In this document: positions 51,098 through 61,396 of the stretch, piece by piece
Layout: each line of letters starts with the position of its first letter
Numbering within the stretch: position 1 is the stretch's first letter
Assembly: GCA_937937585.1 (NCBI GenBank)
Contig: CALDCB010000005.1
Span: 10,935-74,934 of the forward strand
Reading direction: 5' to 3'
Source of the DNA: an uncultured Coriobacteriaceae bacterium
GTDB taxonomy: Bacteria; Actinomycetota; Coriobacteriia; Coriobacteriales; Eggerthellaceae
Length of the DNA stretch: 64,000 bases
The notes under the pieces: model-generated
What the model saw: the letters and a program-made list of their open reading frames with translations, nothing else
The model's database searches: none
What the model was told of the DNA's origin: nothing
Program-made: the position numbers and the translations under genes

Positions 51098-51180
51098 GTC
51101 GCGCAGGTTTCCCATATCGATCATTCGTTGACAACGCGGCCACTGCGTTGGAAGTGGCAATCGTCAAAGGAGTCATTCGC

Positions 51181-52434
51181 ATGGCATTGCAGTACGTACC
51201 TCAAACCGATCCCGAGGTGGCAGACGCTCTTCGCCAAGAGCTCGACCGCCAGCGTGGAACCATCGAGCTCATTGCTTCCGAGAACGTCGTTTCCCCGGCG
51301 GTGATGGAGGCTATGGGCAGCGTTCTTACCAATAAGTATGCCGAGGGCTATCCCGGCAAGCGCTATTACGGCGGTTGCGAGAAGGTTGACATCGTCGAGA
51401 ACCTGGCTATCGAGCGCGCCAAGGAGCTGTTCGGCGCTAAGTTCGCCAACGTTCAGCCCCATTCCGGCGCGCAGGCCAATTACGCGGCTTATGCTGCGCT
51501 CATCAAGCCCGGTGACACCATTTTGGGCATGAGCCTGGATAACGGCGGCCACCTTACGCATGGTTCGCCCGCCAACTTCTCGGGCAAGCTGTACAACGTG
51601 GTTTCGTACGGCTTGGGTGAAGACGAGCGCATCGACTACGCCGACATCGAGGCCAAGTGCAAGGAATATCAGCCTAAGCTCGTCGTTGCGGGCGCATCTG
51701 CTTATCCTCGCGTCATCGATTTCGAGCGCATCGCCAAGATCGCGCATGACAACGGCGCTTATCTTGTCGTCGACATGGCGCATATCGCCGGTTTGGTTGC
51801 AACGCGTGCTCATCCCAGCCCCGTTCCTTACGCCGACATCACCACCACGACCACGCACAAAACCCTTCGCGGCCCGCGTGGCGGCTTGATCCTCACCAAC
51901 GACGAGGCTTTGGCCAAGAAGGTGAACTCCGCGGTGTTCCCCGGTACGCAGGGCGGCCCGCTCATGCACGTCATCGCTGCTAAGGCCGTGGCTTTCGGCG
52001 AGGCTCTGAAACCCGAGTTCAAGACCTACATCGACAACGTCGTCGAGAACTGCGCGGCTATGGGCGCAGGCATGATCGACGGCGGCCTTCGCCTGGTCAC
52101 CGGCGGCACCGACAATCACCTGTGCTTGGTCGACCTCACTCCCGCCGACGTTACGGGCAAGGATGCCGAGAAGCTTCTTGAAAGCGTTGGATTGACGGTG
52201 AACAAGAACACCATCCCCAACGAGCAGCGTTCCCCGTTCGTCACCAGCGGCATTCGCGTCGGCACCGCTGCCGGCACCACGCGCGGCCTTACCAAGGACG
52301 AGTTCTACACCGTTGGCCAGTGCATCGCTAAGACCGTGTTCTCGGTTGACGACGAAGCTGCTCTTGCCGAGGTCAAGGCGACGGTTCAGGCCATTATCGA
52401 CGCGCATCCGCTGTATCCTGGCTACGATTACTAA
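51181..52434 (+). CDS. glyA: serine hydroxymethyltransferase
   Basis: [20 protein letters not shown], and [14 protein letters not shown] (PLP lysine). Confidence 0.97.
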   Translation: MALQYVPQTDPEVADALRQELDRQRGTIELIASENVVSPAVMEAMGSVLTNKYAEGYPGKRYYGGCEKVDIVENLAIERAKELFGAKFANVQPHSGAQANYAAYAALIKPGDTILGMSLDNGGHLTHGSPANFSGKLYNVVSYGLGEDERIDYADIEAKCKEYQPKLVVAGASAYPRVIDFERIAKIAHDNGAYLVVDMAHIAGLVATRAHPSPVPYADITTTTTHKTLRGPRGGLILTNDEALAKKVNSAVFPGTQGGPLMHVIAAKAVAFGEALKPEFKTYIDNVVENCAAMGAGMIDGGLRLVTGGTDNHLCLVDLTPADVTGKDAEKLLESVGLTVNKNTIPNEQRSPFVTSGIRVGTAAGTTRGLTKDEFYTVGQCIAKTVFSVDDEAALAEVKATVQAIIDAHPLYPGYDY

Positions 52435-52461
52435 GAAACGATCGCGACAGGGGGAGGGGCT

Positions 52462-52935
52462 ATGACTGAGATCATCGACAGGCGCCCTTCGTGGGACGAG
52501 TACTTCATGACGCTGGCGGACGAGGTGTGCACGCGAACCACGTGCACACGTCGCGCCGTCGGCGCCGTTATCGTTAAGGACCACCGCATCCTATGCACGG
52601 GCTACAACGGCGTGCCCACGGGGATGCATCATTGCATCGAAGTGGGCTGCCTGCGCGAACAGCTCGGCGTCCCCTCGGGGCAGCGGCAAGAGATCTGCCG
52701 AGGCCTTCATGCCGAGCAAAACGCCATCATCCAGGCAGCCCGTTACGGCGTCGATATCCGCGGTGCGTCCATCTACATCACCACGCAGCCGTGTGTGACG
52801 TGCGCGAAGATGCTCATCAACGCGGGAATCGACGAGATCATCTTCAAAAACCCGTACCCCGACGAACTCTCGATGTCGATGCTTGACGAAGCGGGAATGA
52901 AATACCGCGTGTTCAACCCGGGCGAAGAAGAGTAG
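52462..52935 (+). CDS. deoxycytidylate (dCMP) deaminase
   Basis: WDEYFM, and the Zn motifs HAEQNAI and [14 protein letters not shown]. Confidence 0.92.
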   Translation: MTEIIDRRPSWDEYFMTLADEVCTRTTCTRRAVGAVIVKDHRILCTGYNGVPTGMHHCIEVGCLREQLGVPSGQRQEICRGLHAEQNAIIQAARYGVDIRGASIYITTQPCVTCAKMLINAGIDEIIFKNPYPDELSMSMLDEAGMKYRVFNPGEEE

Positions 52936-53137
52936 CCCCTGCTCAATCATTGGGTTGCGCTATAATTGAACTAATATCGCGAGCATTGTGCGATCAACCG
53001 TCGGGCGAATATGGGTACCGCTCGTGAAGAAATCGATTGCATTTGCTCTGTAAACGTTACGTGCCTGTTGTTTTTCGTTTATGATACGAAAGGCTTGTGA
53101 TGAAACGTAACAAGGCAATACAGGTGGAAAGCAGGTT

Positions 53138-53419
53138 ATGGTTGCAGCAGTGATCATCGGCGTGGTTGTCGGCTTCTTGGGCTTCATGCCTCTCATCGCC
53201 GGTCTCAACCTTGCCAGGAAGGCAACCGCAACCAGCAATCTCGGCGAAGCCGGCGGGTTGCTGCTGGGCGTGTTCGGATCGTTCGCGGTCATCACCGTCC
53301 CTGCCATCATCTGCATCGTCGTTGCTCGTGACATGACGGTACCTATGGTCTTGGCCGAGGCTGCAACCCTCGTCGTCACCGCTGCGGCGTACGGCGTCAT
53401 GCGCCTCGTTAAAAGGTAA
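53138..53419 (+). CDS. small hydrophobic protein, probable ATP synthase protein I (AtpI-like)
   Basis: 93 aa with three hydrophobic segments, immediately upstream of atpB. The call rests on position only. Confidence 0.5.
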   Translation: MVAAVIIGVVVGFLGFMPLIAGLNLARKATATSNLGEAGGLLLGVFGSFAVITVPAIICIVVARDMTVPMVLAEAATLVVTAAAYGVMRLVKR

Positions 53420-53436
53420 GTGGGAAGGATTAATTC

Positions 53437-54234
53437 GTGGAAACTGCTTTGGAAATGGTGAATGAGCTCGTCCCCGAGCTTCAGCATTCGCTCATGAACC
53501 CCGATTGGGTTTTCGAGTTCGGCGACACGGGCATTGGCCTGACGCAGTACATCTTCTGGATGCTCATTCTGTTCACCCTCACCCTTATTGTCGTGCTCTC
53601 TGCTTCCAAAAAGCTCACCGTCGTTCCGAACAACAAGTTCGTGAACATGGTCGAGTACGGCTACCAGTTCGTCCGTAAGGACATGGGTGAAAGCGTTATC
53701 GGCCATGGCTACAAGAAGCACATCCCCTTCTTGGCCACGCTGTTCTTCTTCATCCTTCTGTCCAACTTCGTTGGCCTGATCCCTGGCTGCAAGACGCCTA
53801 CCGGCACCATCAGCGTTACCTGGTGCCTCGCACTTATCTCGTTCGTGTACTTCAACTACTGGGGCATCAAGGCCCACGGCGGTTGGGGCTACATCAAGAG
53901 CATCGCTCCTTCCGGACTTCCGAAGCCCATGGTGCCCGTCATCTGGTTCTTCGAGTTCATCTCGCTTCTTCTTCGCGCCCTCACGCTGGCCGTTCGTCTT
54001 TACGGCAACATGTTCGCCGGCCACATGGCACTTGGCATCTTCTCCATTCTTGCCTATGCATTCTTCTGGCAGTGCATCCAGGGCGCAGGCGCATGGCTCG
54101 GCGGTGTTTCGGTCGTTTGGATCCTGTTCCTGGTCTTCATGTACTGTCTCGAAACCCTGGTTGCTTTCATCCAGGCATACGTGTTCACCATCCTGTCGGC
54201 GTCCTACATCTCGCTGGCAACGTCCGAGCACTAA
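53437..54234 (+). CDS. atpB: F0F1 ATP synthase subunit a
   Basis: GTG start. LSLLLRALTLAVRLYGNMFAGHM (essential Arg helix). Confidence 0.95.
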   Translation: METALEMVNELVPELQHSLMNPDWVFEFGDTGIGLTQYIFWMLILFTLTLIVVLSASKKLTVVPNNKFVNMVEYGYQFVRKDMGESVIGHGYKKHIPFLATLFFFILLSNFVGLIPGCKTPTGTISVTWCLALISFVYFNYWGIKAHGGWGYIKSIAPSGLPKPMVPVIWFFEFISLLLRALTLAVRLYGNMFAGHMALGIFSILAYAFFWQCIQGAGAWLGGVSVVWILFLVFMYCLETLVAFIQAYVFTILSASYISLATSEH

Positions 54235-54320
54235 GATCAAACGCAGCCTGGTGAAAGCCCAGGCACTTGAATTTGGTTTATGCGGCTCAACCACGGCCGT
54301 TTGAACATAGTAAAACCGGT

Positions 54321-54347
54321 GTCTTCGGACGTGCGTTTTCCGAAGAC
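54321..54347 (+). promoter_or_regulatory. hairpin in the atpB-atpE spacer, just upstream of the atpE RBS
   Basis: 9-bp perfect stem GTCTTCGGA / TCCGAAGAC. AAAGGAGGA follows at 54351-59. Confidence 0.4.
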
Positions 54348-54364
54348 GACAAAAGGAGGAAATC

Positions 54365-54586
54365 GTGGGAACCACCGTAATCACCCTTGCTGCCCTGAAA
54401 CTCGTGGGCTACGGCCTCGCGGCAGTCGGCCCTGGCATCGGCATCGGCATTGCTTGCTATGGCGCTTGCGTCGGCACCGCCCGTCAGCCCGAGCTCGCAG
54501 GCCGTCTGTTCACCAACTTCATCATTGGTGCTGCTCTTGCTGAGGCACTTGCACTGCTGGGCTTCGTTCTTGCATTCATCCTGTAA
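54365..54586 (+). CDS. atpE: F0F1 ATP synthase subunit c
   Basis: GTG start after AAAGGAGGA. Helical hairpin ARQPELAGRLFTNFIIGAALAEALALLGFVLAF with the conserved carboxylate. Confidence 0.95.
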   Translation: MGTTVITLAALKLVGYGLAAVGPGIGIGIACYGACVGTARQPELAGRLFTNFIIGAALAEALALLGFVLAFIL

Positions 54587-54638
54587 CCCCTGGGTCAATC
54601 GCATAACACATGCAATAAGGCCTGAAGGAGGTTACACA

Positions 54639-55253
54639 GTGAAAGTAAAAGCGAACAAGGCAACTGCTTGGTTGACTGCTGCTGGTGCATCTGCTGCCAG
54701 CATGGCGTTTGCTTTCCCCGTGTCCGCGTTTGCAGCAGAGGATAAGACGGGTATCGCAGTTATCCTGCCCGATCCCATCGAGTTCATCCCGATGCTCATC
54801 GCGTTCCTCATTCTTGCAATCGTCCTCGGCAAATTCGGCTGGCCCAAATTCGAGGGCATGCTGGAGAAGCGCGAGAAGACGATCGCCGATGCACTTGAGC
54901 AATCCGAGAAGGCCCGTCAGGAAAGCGAGCGCGTACTCGAAGAGTACAAGCAGCAGCTGGCCGACGCCAAGTCTCAGGCTGCTCAGATCATTGCTGAGGC
55001 AAAGCAGACCGGCGAAAACACGCGCGCACAGCTTGCCAAGCAGGCGCAGGACGAGTCCGCTGCCATGATCGAGAAGGCACGTGGCGCTATCGAGGCCGAG
55101 AAGAACGCAGCATTGGCTGAGCTTCAGGGCTCTATCGCCGACATCTCGACGCAGGTTTGCGCCCGTCTCATCGGTGAGGACCTTACCACCGACGAGCATC
55201 GCAAGGTCATCGAGCGCTACGTGAACGAGGCAGGTAGTTTCCATGCCGAATAA
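54639..55253 (+). CDS. atpF: F0F1 ATP synthase subunit b (with signal-peptide-like N-terminal extension)
   Basis: GTG 54639 lies 7 nt after GAAGGAGG. TM segment FIPMLIAFLILAIVLGKFGW, then a long charged helix. The listed ORF start at 54450 overlaps atpE and is rejected. Confidence 0.88.
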   Translation: MKVKANKATAWLTAAGASAASMAFAFPVSAFAAEDKTGIAVILPDPIEFIPMLIAFLILAIVLGKFGWPKFEGMLEKREKTIADALEQSEKARQESERVLEEYKQQLADAKSQAAQIIAEAKQTGENTRAQLAKQAQDESAAMIEKARGAIEAEKNAALAELQGSIADISTQVCARLIGEDLTTDEHRKVIERYVNEAGSFHAE

Positions 55254-55803
55254 TCGCCTTATCGTTAAAGAGCAAATCGCCACGTATGCAAACGTTTTGT
55301 TCGAGTCCGCACAACAGCTCGGCGGTCAGGATGCCGTGCTTGCAGTGCGCGAGCAACTGAAGCAGACCCTGCGCGCCATGCGTACCAGCGCCGATCTTCG
55401 TGAAGCGCTGAAGGATCCTGCTTACACGTCCGAACAGCGCGCGCAGATCGCACGCGGTATGTTCGGGGAGTGCAACGAGGCTTTGGTCGGCGTTCTGGCT
55501 GTTATGGCCGAGCGCGGCGAGGCCGACATGTTGTCTCGCGTAGCGGATGCTTACGAAGGGCTTTTGGCAGACAAGCTGAACTTGTGCGTAGTCGAAGTCG
55601 TCACTGCTGTAGAGCTTGACGACCACCTGCGCGAGGTAATTAAGAAGAAAGCCGATCAGGAACTGGGCAAGAACGTCGTACTCGAAGAGCGCGTCGACAA
55701 GTCCATCCTTGGCGGCATCATCATGAGCGCCAACGGTCAGCGCATCGATGCGAGTGTTCTCACTCAAATCGAGAACGCCCGTGAAACGCTCAAACAATCG
55801 TAA
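55243..55803 (+). CDS. atpH: F0F1 ATP synthase subunit delta
   Basis: Position in the operon, OSCP-like C-terminus LGGIIMSANGQRIDASV, and an 11-nt overlap with atpF. Confidence 0.92.
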   Translation: MPNNRLIVKEQIATYANVLFESAQQLGGQDAVLAVREQLKQTLRAMRTSADLREALKDPAYTSEQRAQIARGMFGECNEALVGVLAVMAERGEADMLSRVADAYEGLLADKLNLCVVEVVTAVELDDHLREVIKKKADQELGKNVVLEERVDKSILGGIIMSANGQRIDASVLTQIENARETLKQS

Positions 55804-55815
55804 AGACGGAGGTGA

Positions 55816-57387
55816 ATGTTAGTGACTGAAATCACCGCACAGTCCATCGACGAAGCGCTGCGCAAGCAGCTCGAGGCCTTGGAAGTTGGCGTTGATTCCC
55901 GCGAAGCCGGAACCGTCATCCAGGTTGGCGACGGTATCGCACGCGTGGACGGCCTGAAGAACGCCATGGCTGGCGAGCTTCTGGAGTTCATCAGTGAGAG
56001 CGGCAAGACCGTTTACGGCTTGGCTCAGAACCTCGAAGAGGACGAGATCGGCGCCGTACTTCTGGGTGACGTCACCGCAATCAAGGAGAACGACCAGGTC
56101 CGTACGACCGGTCGTATTATGGAGGTTCCGTCGGGCAAGGGTCTTCTGGGCCGCGTCGTCAACCCCCTGGGCATGCCTATCGACGGCAAGGGCGCTATCG
56201 AAGCTGAGGGCACCCGTCCTGTTGAGTTCAAGGCCCCGGGCGTTATCACGCGTACCCCGGTTAACGAGCCTATGCAGACGGGCATCCTGGCAATTGACTC
56301 GATGATCCCCGTTGGTCGTGGCCAGCGCGAGCTCATCATCGGTGACCGCCAGACCGGCAAGACCGCTATCGCGATCGACGCTATCATCAATCAAAAGGGT
56401 CAGGACATGATCTGCATCTACGTCGCAATCGGCCAGAAGGCTTCTACGGTTGCGAACGTTGCTGAGACCCTCGACAAGCACGGCGCGATGGATTACACCA
56501 TCATCGTGTCCGCTACCGCTTCCGACTCTGCGCCGCTGCAGTACATCGCCCCTATGGCCGGTGCTGCAATGGGCGAGTACTTCGTCTACACCGGCGAAGA
56601 CGGCAAGCCTGCTGGTCCCGAGAATCATGGCCGCCACGTACTGATCATCTACGATGACCTATCCAAGCAGGCCGTCGCTTACCGTCAGATGTCGCTTACC
56701 CTGCGTCGTCCGCCGGGACGCGAGGCTTACCCTGGCGACATCTTCTACCTGCATTCGCGCCTCTTGGAGCGCGCAGTCAAGATGAACGAGGAGTACGGTC
56801 TTGGTTCCATGACCGCACTGCCCATCATCGAGACGCAGGCAGGCGACGTTTCCGCTTACATCCCGACGAACGTCATTTCCATTACTGACGGTCAGATCTT
56901 CCTGTCCACCGACCTTTTCTTCCAGGGTCAGCGTCCTGCCGTTAACGTTGGTATTTCCGTTTCCCGCGTTGGTGGCTCCGCTCAGACCAAGGCAGTCAAG
57001 TCCGTTTCCGGTACTCTGCGTCTTGACCTCGCTGCTTATCGCGAGCTTCAGGCCTTCACGCAGTTCGGTTCCGACCTGGACAAAGCAACTCAGGATCAGC
57101 TGAACCGCGGCGCTCACATGACCGAGCTTCTGAAGCAGGGCCGTTACGTGCCGATGACGTTCATGGACGAGGCCATCGCGGTTTATGCCGGCGGCAACGG
57201 CTACTTGGATGACATCCCGGTTGCCGACACCGTTCGCTTCCGTGACGAGCTCCGTCAGTACATCAGCGCCAACAAGCCTGAGATCGTCGAGAGTCTCCAG
57301 AAGGAGAAGAAGTTCACCGATGAGACCAAGGCCAACCTTAACGCTGCTATTGAGGCGTTCAAGGGTCAGTTCGCGGCATCGGTGTAA
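55816..57387 (+). CDS. atpA: F0F1 ATP synthase subunit alpha
   Basis: Walker [10 protein letters not shown], and the [24 protein letters not shown] motif. Confidence 0.98.
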   Translation: MLVTEITAQSIDEALRKQLEALEVGVDSREAGTVIQVGDGIARVDGLKNAMAGELLEFISESGKTVYGLAQNLEEDEIGAVLLGDVTAIKENDQVRTTGRIMEVPSGKGLLGRVVNPLGMPIDGKGAIEAEGTRPVEFKAPGVITRTPVNEPMQTGILAIDSMIPVGRGQRELIIGDRQTGKTAIAIDAIINQKGQDMICIYVAIGQKASTVANVAETLDKHGAMDYTIIVSATASDSAPLQYIAPMAGAAMGEYFVYTGEDGKPAGPENHGRHVLIIYDDLSKQAVAYRQMSLTLRRPPGREAYPGDIFYLHSRLLERAVKMNEEYGLGSMTALPIIETQAGDVSAYIPTNVISITDGQIFLSTDLFFQGQRPAVNVGISVSRVGGSAQTKAVKSVSGTLRLDLAAYRELQAFTQFGSDLDKATQDQLNRGAHMTELLKQGRYVPMTFMDEAIAVYAGGNGYLDDIPVADTVRFRDELRQYISANKPEIVESLQKEKKFTDETKANLNAAIEAFKGQFAASV

Positions 57388-57399
57388 GGTAGGTAAAGC

Positions 57400-58329
57400 A
57401 TGCCTAACCTTCACGACATAGAAAGACGCATCAACTCCGTCTCCTCGACGAAGCAGATCACGCGCACCATGGAAATGGTTGCTGCGGCAAAGATCCGCCG
57501 CGCATCCGTTCGCGTAGAGAACTCTCTGCCGTGGTCCACGTCGTTGATGAACGCCATGCAGAGCACCGCTCTGTACGCAGTCACCGACGCCGTTCCTCTG
57601 CTCGTCGAGCACAGCGAAGTCAAGCGTAGCGTTGTTATGGTTGTCACATCCGACCGTGGTCTTGCCGGTGGCTTCAACAGCAATGTTTTGCGCCAAGCCG
57701 ACAAGATCATCAAGGAGAAGGAGCGGCAGGGCATCGAGGTAGAGGTTATCTCGTGCGGCAAGAAGGGTTGCGGCTATTTCGAGTATCAGGGTATCAAGCC
57801 CATGCTCGAGTTCCGCGATCTTTCCGCCGACCCGACTTACGACCAGGCGGCTCGTATCGCCTCGTTCGTGAGCGATGGGTACGTTAACGGAAGGTATGAC
57901 GAGGTCATCATGGTTTTCAACCATGCGAAGAACAACGCCGAGCAGACGTTGATCTCCGAGAACCTCCTCCCCATTCCGGAAAAGCGTCTCGATGAGATTC
58001 TGGGCTTGAAGACGAAGGAGCAGGATATCTACTTCGGCTTCCGCGAGCATATCGACGACCATTACGATGGTGACGTCGATATCGAGCCGAGCCCCGAGCG
58101 TACGCTGACTGACCTTATGAAGGCGTACCTCCAGTCCACCGTCTACCTCGCGCTCATCGATTCGGCTGCTGGCGAGCAGGGCGCACGCCGTACTGCTATG
58201 AAGGCGGCAACCGATAACGCAAACGAAATGGTCAAGACTTTGACCAGGTTGTACAACCGTGAACGTCAAGGCGCCATCACGACCGAGATCACCGAGATCG
58301 TCGGCGGCGCAGCGGCTTTGGAGGAATAA
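57400..58329 (+). CDS. atpG: F0F1 ATP synthase subunit gamma
   Basis: IERRINSVSSTKQITRTMEMVAAAK N-terminus and YNRERQGAITTEITEIVGGAAAL C-terminus. Confidence 0.97.
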   Translation: MPNLHDIERRINSVSSTKQITRTMEMVAAAKIRRASVRVENSLPWSTSLMNAMQSTALYAVTDAVPLLVEHSEVKRSVVMVVTSDRGLAGGFNSNVLRQADKIIKEKERQGIEVEVISCGKKGCGYFEYQGIKPMLEFRDLSADPTYDQAARIASFVSDGYVNGRYDEVIMVFNHAKNNAEQTLISENLLPIPEKRLDEILGLKTKEQDIYFGFREHIDDHYDGDVDIEPSPERTLTDLMKAYLQSTVYLALIDSAAGEQGARRTAMKAATDNANEMVKTLTRLYNRERQGAITTEITEIVGGAAALEE

Positions 58330-60238
<1,909 letters not shown>

Positions 60239-60266
60239 CTTCTACGGGGATACCGCAATTCATTAT

Positions 60267-60298
60267 GAGGCGCAGCGCAAGCTGTGCCTCGTTTTTTA
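60267..60298 (+). terminator. rho-independent terminator of the atp operon
   Basis: 10-bp stem GAGGCGCAGC / GCTGTGCCTC (one G-U pair) with a GCAA tetraloop, followed by TTTTTT. Confidence 0.85.
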
Positions 60299-60345
60299 TG
60301 CTCTCGTTTAACTGGGTTCGGATTTGGAGATTCTGGAACGGGCCT

Positions 60346-61245
60346 CTAGGACAAACGGTACGTCCTAGACGGGGCGTCGGACTGATCACCGGTTGCGGGC
60401 GTTTCGGATTCAGCACGAGCCGCATCCTCTTCGGGAACTGATTCGTGCTTCGGGTCGAAAGCGTCAGGTGCGATCTCGGCGTCAGGGTTGGTGACGACAT
60501 CGGCGTCGATGCCGGGGCAGTTGCGGAAGGCGCGCACGTCGACAAATTCGACGTTGTCGGTAAGATTAACCGCTTGAAGCGATTTGCAGCCCATGAAGGT
60601 TTCCTCTTCGATCGAACGAACAGCTTCGGGCAAGGTGATCTCGGAAAGTTTCGCGCAATCTTTGAATGCGCGCTGCCCGATCCACATCAGGTCATTCGTT
60701 AGCTTGATTCGCGTAAGTTCGGGACAGTTTCCGAAGGCATCGTTGCCGATCTCGGAAACGCTTTCGGGCAAATTCAGCGTGTCGATGCTCAAGCAATCTT
60801 GGAAGACGCCGTCTTCGATCGCCGTGATTCCTGCGGGTAACTGCACGTTCTTCAGATCGACGCAGTGCCTGAAGCACTGCATGCCGATGGACTGCAGCGT
60901 GCTTGGAAGATCGACATGCGCAAGGCGCCTGCACCGGATGAAAACGCGTTCGGGAAGCTCGGTCACGCCTTCGGGGATGATCGCTTCTTCAAGGCGCCAA
61001 CAGCCGCGGAACACTTCTTTTTCGATGACGCGCACGGTGGAAGGGATGCTGACGCGAACCAGGTTCGTGCAGCCTGAAAACGCACGCGCGCGAATCTCGG
61101 TGACGCCTTCGGGAAGGATGACCTCCTTCAGTCGGCGTTTGTTCATGAATGCCTCTTCGCCAATAACGCTTATGCCTTCGGGCACCACAACGCATTCGTC
61201 TTCGTCGTCAACGCATTCGTCAAGTGAGATCCTGAACTCTGCCAT
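60346..61245 (-). CDS. BspA-type leucine-rich-repeat protein without signal peptide
   Basis: ATG 61245 follows AGAGAGGA. About 10 repeats of ~23 aa of the form IPxGVTxIxxxAFxxCxxLxxV. Acidic N-terminus and a disordered acidic C-terminus. Confidence 0.8.
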   Translation of the reverse strand: MAEFRISLDECVDDEDECVVVPEGISVIGEEAFMNKRRLKEVILPEGVTEIRARAFSGCTNLVRVSIPSTVRVIEKEVFRGCWRLEEAIIPEGVTELPERVFIRCRRLAHVDLPSTLQSIGMQCFRHCVDLKNVQLPAGITAIEDGVFQDCLSIDTLNLPESVSEIGNDAFGNCPELTRIKLTNDLMWIGQRAFKDCAKLSEITLPEAVRSIEEETFMGCKSLQAVNLTDNVEFVDVRAFRNCPGIDADVVTNPDAEIAPDAFDPKHESVPEEDAARAESETPATGDQSDAPSRTYRLS

Positions 61246-61396
61246 GGTCGTCCTCTCTTTCGTTATAGGGAAGGCTACCACATGTTCAAAAACTCCACTT
61301 TATGTTCGTGTCGTAATCTGTTGGACGCTGGTAAGATTGATGGGTTCAATACGTTAAAGACAAGCAAGATTCGACTCGGTACTAAGGCGGAACAGC

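Noticed and set aside
54450-54638. The long version of the atpF ORF starting at 54450.
   Set aside because: It overlaps atpE in another frame and lacks an RBS. GTG 54639 has a consensus RBS and yields a normal b-subunit architecture.
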